Assembly: GCA_000934665.2 (NCBI GenBank)
Contig: JYFJ02001034.1
Location: 1-64,000 of the forward strand
Direction of reading: 5' to 3'
From: Catajapyx aquilonaris
Lineage: Eukaryota
DNA length: 64,000 nt
The translations under genes were made by a program, and so were the position numbers. The notes beneath the pieces were generated by a model. The model did not search any database. It had not been told where the DNA came from and saw only the letters and a list, made by a program, of their open reading frames with translations. Positions 38,401 to 51,751 of the stretch are shown in pieces (position 1 is the first letter of the stretch; each line of letters begins with the position of its first letter).

Positions 38401-41400
38401 CCACTCACAGGACTTCTACTCCATATGTGTTTGGAGTAGAACTTGACAAATGCCCCCCACAAAACTATGCATAAAATTCAGCCTCAGAGTAACTCACGGG
38501 ATCAGTTTCATCCATTTTGTAGGTGATTTTGTTGACAGTTTCTCCAACTTTGTTGAAAAGTCTCAGCATCCCAGCACCACTCAAAGCAGATGTGTTTGTA
38601 GCCTTTGGAAGCTCAATATCTAAAAAAACGAAAAACTTGCAATTATTAGCAAACTGTGATATGACAAAAGTAGTGTGACTAATAGCAATGTTAATCTTGA
38701 GAATGTACAGTACATGTGGCAATGCATGTGCGACTCACCCTCCTCCAAAAATTCACGGAAATCAGGGTCAACCCTCAACACTGGATGAGCAGCTGTGCGG
38801 TTTAAGTACCTCTCAAGAGCAGCTCTTCGTTTCTCCACAAACTCACTTGGAGAACCTTGCTCCGCCTGACCAGACATCTTGATCTTGGTCATGCCTGAAG
38901 AAAAGAGGGAACCGTGGATTGTTTCCTTCACACACCTTTCCCTCACAAAATACTTTCCACACCCAACTGACCAATGACGCTCTTCTCTGGTGCTGGCGGG
39001 ATGATTCTCCCCGTGTGCAAGTACTTGGCCACGAGCTTCTCATGCAATCCCAGGAAGTCGCTGAACCTCCGGGTGACTATGAAGTTCTTCTGCTTGAAGA
39101 TGAGCATGTTGGTGGTGGTGCACACCTTGTATGCCATGTAGGCCGACATCCCCTCTCCAACTTTCTGGGGTTCAGTGACCGTGACCTGGAGAACCACATC
39201 TGTCACCTGGCTCTTGTCGCCACTCTGAAAATGTTCAAGAGTCAGTAACTGCAAACCAAATGCCATCTAGATCTCATGATTACTTGTTGAGACGTACTGC
39301 TAACATTAGCAAAATGATAAAAACACCAATCCCATGCGTAGAGCAAAAAAAAAAAAATGCAGTGACATGCCACTGTATGCATGTTTTTTTATGATGAAAT
39401 TGCCAAGGACCAAATAAGGCTTGTTGTTATGAAAGTGCTCATCGCACGCACATCAGGTCTGCCAGAGTGACCTTCGTTTCATTTATCACTAGTGGGCTTG
39501 ATCTAATTTTTTCCCAACTTTCCTCCTACCACAGGCAATAACATTTTCATCAACATAAATTCTATTTATAAAATTTGCAGCGTCACTCACATTTGATTAG
39601 CTATAAATATGCGGTACTATTAATGTGTAGTACCCTTGCTTTCTCAGCCTTCAGTAGCTTCTCCAAACAAATTACAGAAAATGTGTGGCACGTAATAAAT
39701 GCACAATAACTAGCCTTTGAAAACAACCACTTTGTCCGAGCCTCGGTTGAGTAAGTAAAAAAATATGCAAAGCATAAGCTGATGAGCCAAATGAGCAGAG
39801 TGCCAATTAACACCACTTATTAAGAAATAGCTATGGTTTCCTTCCAGTTTTTAAAAAGCACACAAAAATTCACATCAATCACTGCCAAAATATTCGCAGC
39901 TTCCCTTTCCTCAGAACCATGCAAAAAAAAAAAAAGTCACCGAAATGATCACATGCTAAGGGCGTTGACACAAACTGATAAGATGTTTGACCTATGCCAT
40001 GCAACTTTACGCTAATTTACCACCACTGCATGCAAATTGCAATAAACACCGCTCAAGTAACTAATTACCTCCTCTACAGACATGGTCAAAGTAGGCCTCT
40101 CGTGAGGGAATAGCTCTGGTGGTTGTTCCTGGAAAAATCGTGACAGCCACAATGACTAGAATACTGCACCACCCCTCACTGATAATCAAATCTGGTACAG
40201 ATAACCCACCAGCCAGACAAACATGGGGTACAAGAACAGTTCCATGTAACAGGATGCTAATCACTGAATTACTTTTCTTCCCATCCGTGTGTGAACCAAC
40301 TAACGCAACACAACAATGGATACTGGTTAATACCAGGCAGTATTGTAGACCTCTTACCTGAGAGATCTGCAGCTTTGGTGCTTGAGAAGACTCGCCAAAG
40401 GGAAGCTTTTCGTCATCTTCCAAAGCTGATATATCCTGTTAATAAAATGCAGCATGTTAATATTTAGACAATAGCAACTATGGTCAACCGAAGCTGTTTC
40501 AAATAGTGTGCATTCCAAAGCATTATTTATGTGAATAGAAAAAGGCCATTTTTGATTAATTTCGTATGGGCGTATCTACTTTTACATGCTATGCTTGTTA
40601 TGTCATGTTTTGAGTCATAAAATGTCATTACAGGACTTCACAGAGTGTCAGCCATATCAATAAATGCGACCTTGAAGTGACCCTGCCAACTGGAAAAAAT
40701 ACCCGCATTCTGATATGCATGAATCGTCAAAATTACAACCACCTTACCACAGCAAACTTCAAGCTGTCATCATGATTAATTTGAAATCTCCAAAAAAGTC
40801 AAAATTTGATAGCAAATCCATACGTGCTAAAACATTTGACTTCAGCAGATGTTCAGTGGTGCTAATTAGGTGGAGTGCCACCATTTCAAGCTGCAGCATT
40901 ACAATGAAAATCTCATCAAGGTCACAACTTTCTGAACATAAAAATTGAAATGCAAAAATCAGAATTTCATTATTTCGTTAACTAACATTTAAGAAACCAA
41001 GAGCATTGCCAAAGACATCAATATTTTTCATGACACATGCTAGAGTAAAATCTTACGCCTCCACTAGTTGGCACAGTGTAAACGAGCAGACATGATAACT
41101 ATCAATGATAATGGCGATAACCAGTTTATTGGTTGTTATCTGCTTCGGTCTGAGAATATCCAGTTTTGTAAGATGTGCTTATCGGTTCAAAGATTAGCCG
41201 ATCCTTGCGGCAGAAGAAAATACCAGAGTTCGTAATAACTTTGCAAAAGCAATGCATTACTTGAAATGCCTGCCATTTTTTTCCTTTAACAGTAGTTACC
41301 TTCACCTGAAGTAAAACAAATGTTACAAGTTACACAACATTATGACTTTTCAATTATCACCATGGCCATAAAGTTGGATTTAAAAAAATAGATGAAGTCA

Positions 41401-43411
41401 TTAAACACCAAAATTGGCCTCAGCATATCTCCTTTAAAGCTATTCGGACAATAAAACAGGGCACAAAATCCTGCCTTTCTGATGTTAGCATTAGTAACAC
41501 ATCACACACAATTTTCAGGGCAAGTTAATCTGCTGTAGTTTCCAACGTGACAAAAATTTAACCTGTTTTTCTGGCTCAGTTTTCTCCTCAATTTCGGCAC
41601 TATCAGCAGAGGCATTAACCGGGTCAGCATCGCCATCGTTTAAATCCACCTCATCCCCATCAAACAAGTCATCGGCAGGAGGATGAGAATTATGTTCAGG
41701 CTCCGAATTATGTTCAGGCTCCTCTACAGAAGGTGACTGCAAATCCAAGGAGAAAAGAAAACAACTAAGCAAAAACCAAAAAAGAAATCCAGGAGCATAA
41801 TTAAATGCACCTGGAATAACGTGCATTAAACAGAAATAATTCCAACATAAAACTGCGAATAGTCTACAAAGTAAGCTAAAAGAGCAAATGGCACTATGTT
41901 TCCACCCCAAATGAAGTAAAACATACAAAAGAGTAATCGCATGCAAAATGTTCGCATTGCAAGAAAATAGGGATAAACTATTGTTTTTCCGCACCTTAAC
42001 AACGTGGTCGGGATTGGGCGGACGGGGGGGCCTCCCAACGGTTGGAAACGTTGTGTCGCAAACAATCGGGTGCCTTGATACTGCTGCCAGCCAAATTCGA
42101 ATGCCATCACGGTTGCTTGACGAAGTGTTGTTCTTTGGGTTAACGGACTGCAGCAACCATCATGGCTTTCATATTTCCCACCTCCTTCATTAAAGGCCCA
42201 TTCACACAGGCCATCGACGGTTTTGGTTTTGGTCTCGTCGACACTGCGGACCAATCAGAACGGGCCCTCATGTAAACAACGCGTCATGGTTAACGTGAGG
42301 GCCTGCTCTGATTGGTCCAAAACCAAAACTGTCGACGGCCTGTGTGAATGGGCCTTAATACTGTGGTCCTAGCACTCGTCTGATCGGTTCGCGTGGCAGG
42401 GGTAACAAGACGCCCTTTGTTGTGCTCTCCCGGCAACCGATTGTTTGCGCCCCGTAGCCAACATGTTTGGAGCCCACCACGCCTTCCCAACCCCGCTGCG
42501 CCGCTAGGTGCGGATAAAGGATAGACTTTCCGAAAATAGCATATGTCACACATCATAATAACGACATCGTCTAAAAAGAGAGGCAAGGCAATAAACCAAT
42601 TTATTTCCACAGAAGATTTAAAGCATGCAACTATGCAGATGACCACAGCCCTGGTCATCCACTACAAATGCAAATCTCCTTTTCATAACATAAGAAATGC
42701 TGATTTCACTATTAAAAATGTAAGAGTGTCCTCTGCAGAAAAGGACAAGAGCATTCATGAATCCCCGTCCACACGTTATGGGGGCGACACGTAGCCTTTC
42801 CTTCCTTTCCTTCTGCGCATTAAAATGCAACGAACTTGCACATCTGTCACATAAATTGCAGCTGCAGTGACTCATACTATTTTCACCCAGCTCATTAAAA
42901 ATACTCCACCCGACCAACCGCACAGACACTCTGCAATTCAACGCTCAATAGGCATGAGCTAATCCAGACCTCCCTGTCAGCATATCAAGTGACAAAACAT
43001 GATTGGTTAGTGTTGCACCGCTGTCACCCTGCCTATAAATACGCACAGGGCACAACAAAATAAAAGAGTTTGCTATTAAAACCTGCACCCCATGTAATGA
43101 CATCCAATTGAACAAATTGGTGCCGACAACTCCACTCAATTGAACCCTTTACAACGGCTTTGACTCTTTACAATGGGAGCAAACTCCTGCCGTACCGCAT
43201 CGTACCCCGCCATGCATTATTTCCAATGTCATGTCCACCGACCAGGCGACGACGACGGGTGGGATAACGTTACCTCCATGGCGGAGACGAAGAGATTGCA
43301 GCTGTCGCTGTTGTTGTCCTGCTGAGTGGTTGGCACCGGCGAGGACTCCCCTCCCGCCCCGCCGCTGCTGGTGTCGAACAGAAGCGGAGGAGGCTCCCGG
43401 TCGGACGACAT
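35460..43411 (-). CDS. SNX2: Sorting nexin 1/2 (PX-BAR retromer component), ~12 exons
   Basis: N-terminal REPPPL, PX domain [57 protein letters not shown] domain [20 protein letters not shown]-terminus [14 protein letters not shown]. Confidence 0.95.
38173..38297. mobile_element. Palindromic MITE-like element in an SNX intron
   Basis: ctgccgtccc..ctgcaaaaccgttag / ctaacggttttgcag..gggacggcag. Confidence 0.7.
41984..42518. mobile_element. Old degenerate inverted-repeat element hosting a younger MITE
   Basis: ~90-bp imperfect arms tccgcacct..cgcaaacaatcgggtgcc / ggcaaccgattgtttgcg..aggtgcgga. Confidence 0.55.
42194..42355. mobile_element. PIF/Harbinger-type MITE with TAA target-site duplication
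   Basis: TAA-aggcccattcacacaggcc...ggcctgtgtgaatgggcct-TAA. Confidence 0.85.
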
Positions 43412-44450
43412 GTCGGAGGGTGGTGGCTGGCAGGGGCAGTCGGAAGCAAGACGACGACGACACGGCCAGAGACAGAGGCACACCGGACGAGGAGGGCTCG
43501 TCAAGTCAAGATCTGGTGACGAAGGGTGGGGGGGAGGGACCAGGGACGGGAGGGGGGCGGATCGGGAAAGAGGGGGGGGGGGGGNCTCGTCAAGTCAAGA
43601 TCTGGTGACGAAGGGTGGGGGCGGATCGGGAAAGAGGGGGGGGTGCTGAAGGGCTGGTTGTAGCACAGCTGTTGTTGAGATGGGGTCACAAGTGGGGGTG
43701 CTTACTAATATAACAGTTAGTGGCAGTCGCGGGAAGGGAAAGCGGGGCCGGAAGAAGCCGCGAGGGAAGGTGAGTGACAAGTGACAGATGGGAAAATGAT
43801 TTATTGGTGATCATCACTGGTGATCCTGTGTGTGATGGGGTGCCGTCATCAAGGGTGCCTTGCTGCCAAATGACGCCGGGTGTAATCAAAATCAGCGTGT
43901 TTTCCCGCCGATGGTGCCGGTCTGCTACAGCCGAGGCGAGGTTCACACAGCAGAGTCTGCTATATCCGGAGTCAACTACAGTACATATTAATATTGCAAG
44001 TGGGTTTAATTTAAAACAATTGCGTTTAATTGAGATGGGGGGATGGCGCTTCCACGTGGCGCTTTGGTGAAGGGGATATCCATCCGCTGGCGACACTAGC
44101 GCCTCCTGTCGGCAGCGTCTCTATATTAGCGGAGGAAGAGTCGTCGAGTTTCTTGCTTGCCCGTGAGTGAGACTGAATCCGCTCCAATCCTTGCCCGATC
44201 CTTCCAGATCGGTCCAGTGCAACTGGTGTGTGGTACATCGCATTGTCTTCCCGTCAACAAAACACCCAACCCGACATATTTGCAGGTGAGGCACGCGCCC
44301 TGCGAAAGGGGGATATCCATCCGGGGCTGGGGGTATCTGCTGTGCCCCAACTTGGCCCCAATAAGCCAATTCCATGTGCCACCAGCTATTGGGCACTAAC
44401 TGTAAGTGAGACTAGGTGTAATAATAATAATTGCAGTGCGTGGCAGCAGA

Positions 44451-47400
44451 ATGGCCAGTTGGGATGGTAGCAGTGGTGGTGGGCCACTGCAGAAGCTGTG
44501 GAGCGTGCCTCGGAGGGCCCCCCAAGTGAACCAACGAGACAGAACAAGCCCATTCGAGTCATCCAAGGACTTCCAGTCTCTCCTGTAAGTTGGAGTTTGT
44601 GGAAACATTTTTATGTTCGTAACGCTGCTCACACTTTTCAAAGGCCTCGAAGCGTTCTGGGAGGTGTGCTGGAGATGGGATTGAGCAAGCCGTCCCAGAT
44701 ACAGGCTGATGTCCTTATTGCTCTGCGCGAAGAGTAAGTTCGTCTTCAAAAGACACACATATTACATTTATTCTTTGAAATTATAATTATTGTCATTATT
44801 TCTCCTCGTTATCTGCTGGGAATAGGCTGTGATGTATGATGATGTATTTTCGTCATGGTATAGTAGTTGTAGCTGGTTACAGTTACCAGGAGTAGATTGC
44901 GGTTAAACTGGTAGGGATGAATTGCATGTCCTGGTATGCTTAAATTACTTTTCAAAGGAACACGACCAGTTCCTGACATTAAATGAAACACAGCAGCAGG
45001 ATGTATGTTACAGATCCATTTCAAATCATGCAGCATGTGCTGGCTGATCAGGATTTTTTTTTTTCAACAGTATGTGACATCACACTGCAAAAAAATTATA
45101 ATCAGCTGACAAGCTCCTGTCCTGTTCATTTAGCTGCTAAAATTAAGCCATCTGGAAAATAATTCATACCAAAATGACATGGTACAGAAAATAAGCACTT
45201 CCTAGATTTTTTTTGCCTAGTCTGAAGAAGGTAAATACAGAATTTTCAAAACCTGGCATGCAACTGTAAAATAGTGAAGCTCTAGCAGTGATTGCTGTGA
45301 TTCTCATTGTGATTACGGTTGCAGTCCCCAGAGCACGCTAATAGCTCAGTCTCAATCAGGAACTGGAAAAACCACAGCTGGTGTGATGGCCCTCCTGAGT
45401 AGGGTGGATGGGTGGAAGAGAGGCCCGCAGGTAAAGGAGTTCAGAAACGGAATATTGCTCTTGGGGTCCTAAAAATTCAATATTGCCTCAGGTTATCTGC
45501 GTGTCACCAACTTATGAAGTGGCGAAGCAAACAATGCTTGTCGCTAGGAAAATGGGCACGTATTGCATGGGTATAACGATGAGGATTGCTGTCAGTCAAG
45601 AAGAAGGTAAGTACTTGTAATTGTCTCCCTATCATTTAATGTTACCAGTCGATGTGGTAAAGTAAGGGATGTTCAAAAAGTTTCTTACCTGACCATGAAG
45701 CATGAACCTACACATTTCTGCATTAAAATTACTATCATAGGATAATCCGGAGCAATGGCACATCATCAGTCTGTCAAGTGGGTAGTAATGCCATTGATGC
45801 TCAGGTTCTAATGCCCCAGATAACATAGACTGTAGTGTTTCATACTAGCTAATGCATCCAATGATATTTTCTCTTTATCAAGTCCTTCCTGAGCAGACCA
45901 TTGATGAGCAGATCATAATTGGGACGATCGGCAAACTTACGTCCTGGAGTTTATTCATGGACATGACACATGTTCGCATGTGCATCCTGGACGAAGGAGA
46001 TGCAATGTTTGCATCTCCAACCCTACTGATGCAAATCACAGAGTTTATGAGGTCAGTAATAATTCATGTCATACGCTGTAGTTTTAATTTTAATTTTTTT
46101 CTAGCTATATTATTGGTGGGTTAGTCTTTATTAATTTATTATTGCTTCTAATTACTTCAAGTCCAGACTAGTGGGGTTGGAACTTTAGAAAAAGTTACAG
46201 AATATTTCACTTCTGGCAGAGAAGATGCCCTTTACTGTGCTGATACTACATCCCTTCCTGAACGTAAAACGCCCTAGACCCCAAGTTTTAAGGGTCTAAT
46301 TAGCCCGTAATTAATTCAACAAAATGGCGGTCATCAGGAAAATTATATTTAGGAATCCCACTCTTATTTACAGCTATTTATCATGTACGTCATGTTATTT
46401 TCACACAAGTTGGAGTTTAAGACTCCAGTGAAATATTAAATAATTTTAAAAGCCCACTTTATCATCTTCTATAATATTAAAATGTTTGCAGTGTGTGTAT
46501 AAGCCCTCTCATTGGTCCGCCCCCATATTGTTGTTACCTCCCCGTTCCGATTGGCCCGCGTCCATTGTTACCTGGACGCATTGTTACCATGACGCCTCAG
46601 ATTGACCCCCCTTCCGAGCATGCGCAATGGGTGGAAGAACACCACAGTCGCTTGCTGGACGTCAACGAGGACGCATCATTCTCCTCTCCCGTGAAGACCT
46701 CTCTATCCTTCCACCATCCTGGAGCACGTCTTCGGGGTGACCTCCCAACAGGGGAGGGGGAGAGGAGGGGGGAAGGAGGAATGGTCGAATTGGAACGTCG
46801 TAAACAAACCGAACATAGGCTAGGTCAGGATGTTAGTTTATCAGTTGTGCCAGCTACATGGACACTGAACCCAGCGGTTGGCCAAGAACGTCAAAAGAAA
46901 GTGTCGGGGAGAATGAAACCAGTGATTTGATCATCTTATACAAACACTGCAGAGTTCCATGGACGTTTATAATAGGGTGGAGTTATATGCAGTTAGAAAA
47001 ACATGGTCGGAAAATGTGCATATAATTTAGACACGTGTGCGAGTGCATGCGAGTAGAAGCGGTAGAGGCTGTGAATTTCCGTTCATACAATAATTGGGGT
47101 TTTTTAAAAATTCAAAAGGTATTGGTATGTTGAAGTGGGCGCTCCTGCACCATAGAAAAATGCGAGCGTAGCGAGGGTTTTTCTAGTTATGACATTAATG
47201 TGGATGACAAAAGTCAGAAGATAACCTTTTCAGCTACTTGGTCATGTTTAGTATGAAATAATATGTTTTTGAGGGTACAGAGTTCAGTGGTGTCACCGAA
47301 AATTTTACCTGGCAATCCCAGAATTTATACAGTGTAACATGTCTATAACAGACCCTGCATATAGCAGAAACTTGTCCATTACCGGGATTTTTTATGTGGT

Positions 47401-49589
47401 CTCGATTCTGCTATAGCCTACACATGTTTCATTGTAATAAACACTTTGAAAATAGGTATGTTTTCATTTTACACAGACACTTGACGTGGAATTAATTATA
47501 CAGCTAATGTGCATTTCGGAAAGTTAAGGTGTGAGTTCACTGGGTCAACAGTGTCAATGACTGTTGTAGACGTGCTCTGTTTTCAGTGGGCGGTATATTC
47601 GTACACTACGCAGGAATGTGAAATAAGCTTTATAAGCCCACCCCACAAACTCTGATATGGAAGCATTTTCAATAGATCAAGACTTCAAACCTCCACCACT
47701 GGCTATACTTGGGGATGTAAAAAATCTAGACGGCTATTTGTTGCTGTGGCAAACCAGGGTCAACCATTCCAGATGTCACCAAACCCTCAAAAAAATTGAT
47801 CGCTGGTGGACCTTGCAAGAAACAGTGCTCTTTATGCAAATTTGCAAGAAACCAATTGAAGTGTACTGTTACGCTCATGTGAAGGTCAATGTTCATGAAA
47901 TGATGTTTACGAATAGTTCTGATTGCATTACCCAGTGGTTCGATAAGGTCCTCAGGCTAAGTTTATAAAAACTAAACAGCATCTTTTGGAGAAACCCGGT
48001 GAATTCACACCCTAGCTTTCCGAAATGCACATTAGCGGTAATTAATTCAATTTTTAGTGTGCCTGTGTAAAATTACAACATAGGTTACCACTTTTCAAAG
48101 AGTTTTATAACAATGAAACATGTAGGCTATAGCAGAGTTGAGACCATATAAAAATTCCCCGTAATGGACAAGTTTCCGCTATACGCAGGGTCTGTTATAG
48201 ACAGGTTTCACTGTATTAATTCTGGGATTGCCTGGTACTATTTTCGGTGCCACCACTCAATTCTGCCCCCTCTAAAACATATGATTTCATACCAAACATG
48301 ACCATGTAGCTGGAAAGTTTATTTTCAGACTTTTGCCAGCCATATTTAACGTTACAATGATAAAATGGCCTTTAAAACTATTTAATATTTCACTGGATTC
48401 TTAAACGCCAACTTGTGTGAAAATAACATGACATACATGATAAACAGCTATAAATAAGAGCGGGATTCCGAAATATATTTTACCTGATGACCCCCATTTT
48501 GATGAATTAATTACGGGCTAATTAGACCCAGGTCTGGGGTTTTTTACGTTCAGGAATAATTCAGGAGACAATAGAAACTTCCCACCTCTATTTTGTGCTC
48601 ATGCATGTGTCTTTACAGTTTAATACGCTTCTACCTCTCACGCAAGTATTTTGTAAAGCTAATTAATATGACAAGCCTGCAATGCAAATAATGTGCTTCA
48701 CATTACACTGCACATAAGTCATTGGTAGAATCGTAATATTGAATCTCCTCACCCTTCATGCCAGTCGCCTTCCCGACACTTGCCAGTTGATGCTCCTGTC
48801 AACGACATTTGACAATGCAGTGATAGAAAAAGTGGGTGAGATGGCCAAAAAACCACTGAAGAAGATTGTCATGGATCCAGGAGACCTGAGTCTGCCCAAC
48901 ATTAGGCAACTATATGTTGACTGTGAGATGATGACTGAGAGGGAAGTCATCAGGAAGATCTTCAGCATGGGGTGGGATGGCAAAGCCATAATATTTTGTG
49001 AAAGCCTGGCCCGAGCGAGAGACCTGAAGCATTACATCATGCAATCAGTCCAGGGCTTGCGCGTGGATACGCTTCATGGGCGCCATTCTCGTCGTGAGAG
49101 AGACGCTACGCTGGCCAAGTTTAAAAATGGGTTCATCAAGGTTCTCATCACCACCAACATGCTTGCCCGCGGTATGGTCAATTGTAGGACTCTTTCTTGT
49201 AGTTCTGAGATCACCGGAGAAATTAATTGCAATTGCTTTTGGTTTTGGGCAGGGTTTGATGACATGGATGTCGGACTGGTCATCAACTACGACCTGCCCA
49301 CACTGAAAGGTGATAAACCAGACTGTAATTCCTACATGCATCGCATAGGGCGCACTGGAAGATATGGCAAGCCAGGGCTGGCAATTAACCTAGTGGGAAA
49401 GAACACTTCATCTGTGCTCAACGAAATCAAGGAGTACTGGGGTAAGTTATTGTTTTTAATTTGGTACAGGCCAGTCCTGCGGTTCAGTTGATATGTAAAT
49501 GTCCCTCTCTTTTCTCTGCAGGGCTCGAACTGGAAGTCCTCGATGTAAGCCATCAAGCGGAATTACTGAGTCTGTTTCAAAACAACTAG
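44451..49589 (+). CDS. Divergent DDX19/DDX25 (Dbp5)-like DEAD-box RNA helicase; exons 44451-44584, 44644-44733, 45325-45430, 45492-45606, 45883-46051, 48765-49171, 49253-49441, 49522-49589
   Basis: QRDRTSPFESSKDF, Q motif MGLSKPSQIQ, IAQSQSGTGKT, SPTYEVA, DEGD, STT, IIFC, VLITTNMLARG, VINYDLP, YMHRIGRTGRYGKPGLAINLV. Confidence 0.88.
46255..48556. mobile_element. Large foldback element with ~560-bp arms (left 46255-46464 plus 47187-47545; right ~47993-48556)
   Basis: The arms align as reverse complements over their length; the left arm is split by a Helitron. Confidence 0.8.
46465..47186 (+). mobile_element. Non-autonomous Helitron inserted at an A|T site
   Basis: 5' TC, 3' hairpin and CTAG end. 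Removing it gives gcccactttatca|ttatgacattaa, which matches the intact opposite arm (ggccattttatcattgtaacgttaa) with no TSD. Confidence 0.85.
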
Positions 49590-50253
49590 TATGCAGTGGG
49601 GTGTTTCATGGCTATGGTAACTAGCTGCGTATTTCAGTTGCTGTACGGTATTAATCGCATTTTACTAACATCACCTCTTCAGGAATTTTTGTTTTTTCCA
49701 TTTATATGCTGCTGTTGTTAAGTTAGAGTAGGATTTTTTACTTTTCGACGGAATAATCATGAAAACCGAATTCTCCTTGCGTCATTACTGATGGTATGAG
49801 TCTTCGGAGAGAAAGAAAAAGGCTAAATCTTTGAGGGCCGCAATGTTACATTGTACTTAGCTCAAAGACCAAGTTTGTATCAGACTTCAACAGCTAATAA
49901 ATCATTACAGTACTGACTATGTTTATATTGAATGGCAGGGACCACCGAACTCAATAAGACGGTTGGACTGCTTTTATATTATGAGTAATTAATAACAACT
50001 TTTGGTTAGTATTGACCTAAAATATTAAAGGCAATCCAGCTGGATTTGTTTTACAGAGTTCAGCGTTCCCCGACTTGAGGCCTGATTTCAATTATTCCAA
50101 TAACGTCGAGGAATGGTAAAATCCCGATCCGTTTCAGTTTCATGCGTCCCAAGAGAGTGTTTACTGCGCAAAAAAAAAAAGATGCATTGCGAGTAATGCA
50201 ATAATTTATTAACATAACAGGATGGAAGTACAAGCACAAATCAAGGCAGATAT

Positions 50254-50922
50254 TCACCTGTGACATTGCGGCTTGTGGCACGAGGCGTACTGGAGGTTAC
50301 GTTGCCTTCCCTCGGGATGGTGTCCAGATGCGTCGCTATTTGTTCTGACTTGATGGACTGTCCCCCGCATGTTAGGTCTCATTTGACCTACAGATAACTG
50401 AGAGCTGGCCGGCCCATCTTCCATGGCATGACTAGGCACACTGCTGATCTGAAACTCCGGCTTGGAATCCTTGGCCATGTTCCGCAGCTTCTCCTCGATA
50501 GCCCGGATGCAGGTCTTCCTGGTGAACTTTGACTTCTTCTGGTTAGCCCCAGCCAGCGCAGGAATGTGCTGGAACTGCTGCTTATTTGGCCGCTCCAACT
50601 CTTCCGTCGCCACGACTGAGGCCCACCGTGCGGCGACTCTTCTCCCCATGAGGCACGCCCCATCCAGAGCCTGCAAGGCGGACAGTGCGCTCTTCCTGTG
50701 TCCGTACGTGACGAATGCGTACCCGCGTGGCTGCCCTGCCAGTGGCCCAATGCGGTGGTAGATGAAGTCCAGCTTGCTGATGGCCCCGTGCTGCTGCAGC
50801 ATCTTCAGGAGGTTGTACTCGGTGATCCTCAGGTCCAGGTTACCTATCCACAAGCGCTTCTCCGTGACTGACGAAAGCGGCTGCGGCGGAACAGGAATCA
50901 CCGGCTGGCTGGTGCTCATCAT
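50254..50922 (-). CDS. RBM18: RNA-binding motif protein 18 (single RRM)
   Basis: RLWIGNLDLRITEYNLLKML, FIYHRIGPLAGQPRGYAFVTY, IRAIEEKLRNM. The exact 3' end is uncertain. Confidence 0.9.
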   Translation of the reverse strand: MMSTSQPVIPVPPQPLSSVTEKRLWIGNLDLRITEYNLLKMLQQHGAISKLDFIYHRIGPLAGQPRGYAFVTYGHRKSALSALQALDGACLMGRRVAARWASVVATEELERPNKQQFQHIPALAGANQKKSKFTRKTCIRAIEEKLRNMAKDSKPEFQISSVPSHAMEDGPASSQLSVGQMRPNMRGTVHQVRTNSDASGHHPEGRQRNLQYASCHKPQCHR

Positions 50923-51414
50923 GCGGCCAGCTGTTCCTTTATATAAGAACACCTCACATTAATATTTGTGTTCTACGCACAACCCATGTCAGTTACGTAC
51001 CCGGTAGCGGTATGCCCACAGTACCTGCCCTGGACCTGGTGCTGGATGCCTTTCCCGTCCCATCCACCGGTCCTCCAGCAGCTGCCCGAACGACAGCTGA
51101 GAATAAAACCGGTTTCAAAGCTTCAAGTTTTAAAATGGAACCAATCAGACACCAGGCATTTACACTGCTCTACACTGCGCCGCCATCAACACGGCGGTGC
51201 ACTGTAAATGCCATCAACCACAATTTAAATACAGTACCATACTTAAAAATTATTGCGCTCCAACTATGTTTCATTCAAATATTAAATTTGGTATAATGTT
51301 GTACTAAACTGGTTGCATGTGCTGTTCAAGGTCACTGCAGTTACTTCCTGGTATGTATACAGTACAAGGTACATGGTACAATGTAATGGTCTAATTACAA
51401 CATTTGCAGGTCAT

Positions 51415-51749
51415 ATGGCTGCACAAATGCAAAGTGTAGAGATCCGTGTACTGTTCTTTGCGTCAGCTCGTGACCGGGCCAAGTGCAGTGAGACCACTTT
51501 AACCCTCACAAGTGCGGACCACTCCGGGGAGAGCCTTCTGTCCGCAGTGGTGGACACCTTCCCTGCCCTGGAGTCGCTCCGGGGCTGCGTGTTGCTGGCG
51601 CTGAACCAGGAGTACCTGCAGGGAGACCAGAGGGTCACCGTCAACAGCGGGGACGAGCTGGCCGTCATCCCGCCCATCAGCGGCGGTACGCACCGTTGTA
51701 ACTCATGCGCCTGACGTATGACTCACATTTGGATCTATTTACAGGTTAA
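51415..51749 (+). CDS. MOCS2: Molybdopterin synthase sulfur-carrier small subunit MOCS2A; exons 51415-51685, 51745-51749
   Basis: VLFFASARD..LALNQEY..GDELAVIPPISGG*; the last Gly codon is split by the intron. Confidence 0.93.
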
Positions 51750-51751
51750 CT

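Noticed and set aside
43497..43645. Tandem duplication of the SNX 5' region
   Set aside because: The copies abut an N at 43585 after a G run, typical of a contig-join artefact.
44070..44322. Direct repeat ggggatatccatccg at ~44072 and ~44309 and a CTCF-like motif near 44095-44113
   Set aside because: Too short to assign; no element ends or other support.
46493..46930. 145-aa ORF inside the Helitron
   Set aside because: No Rep/helicase motifs or recognisable domain.
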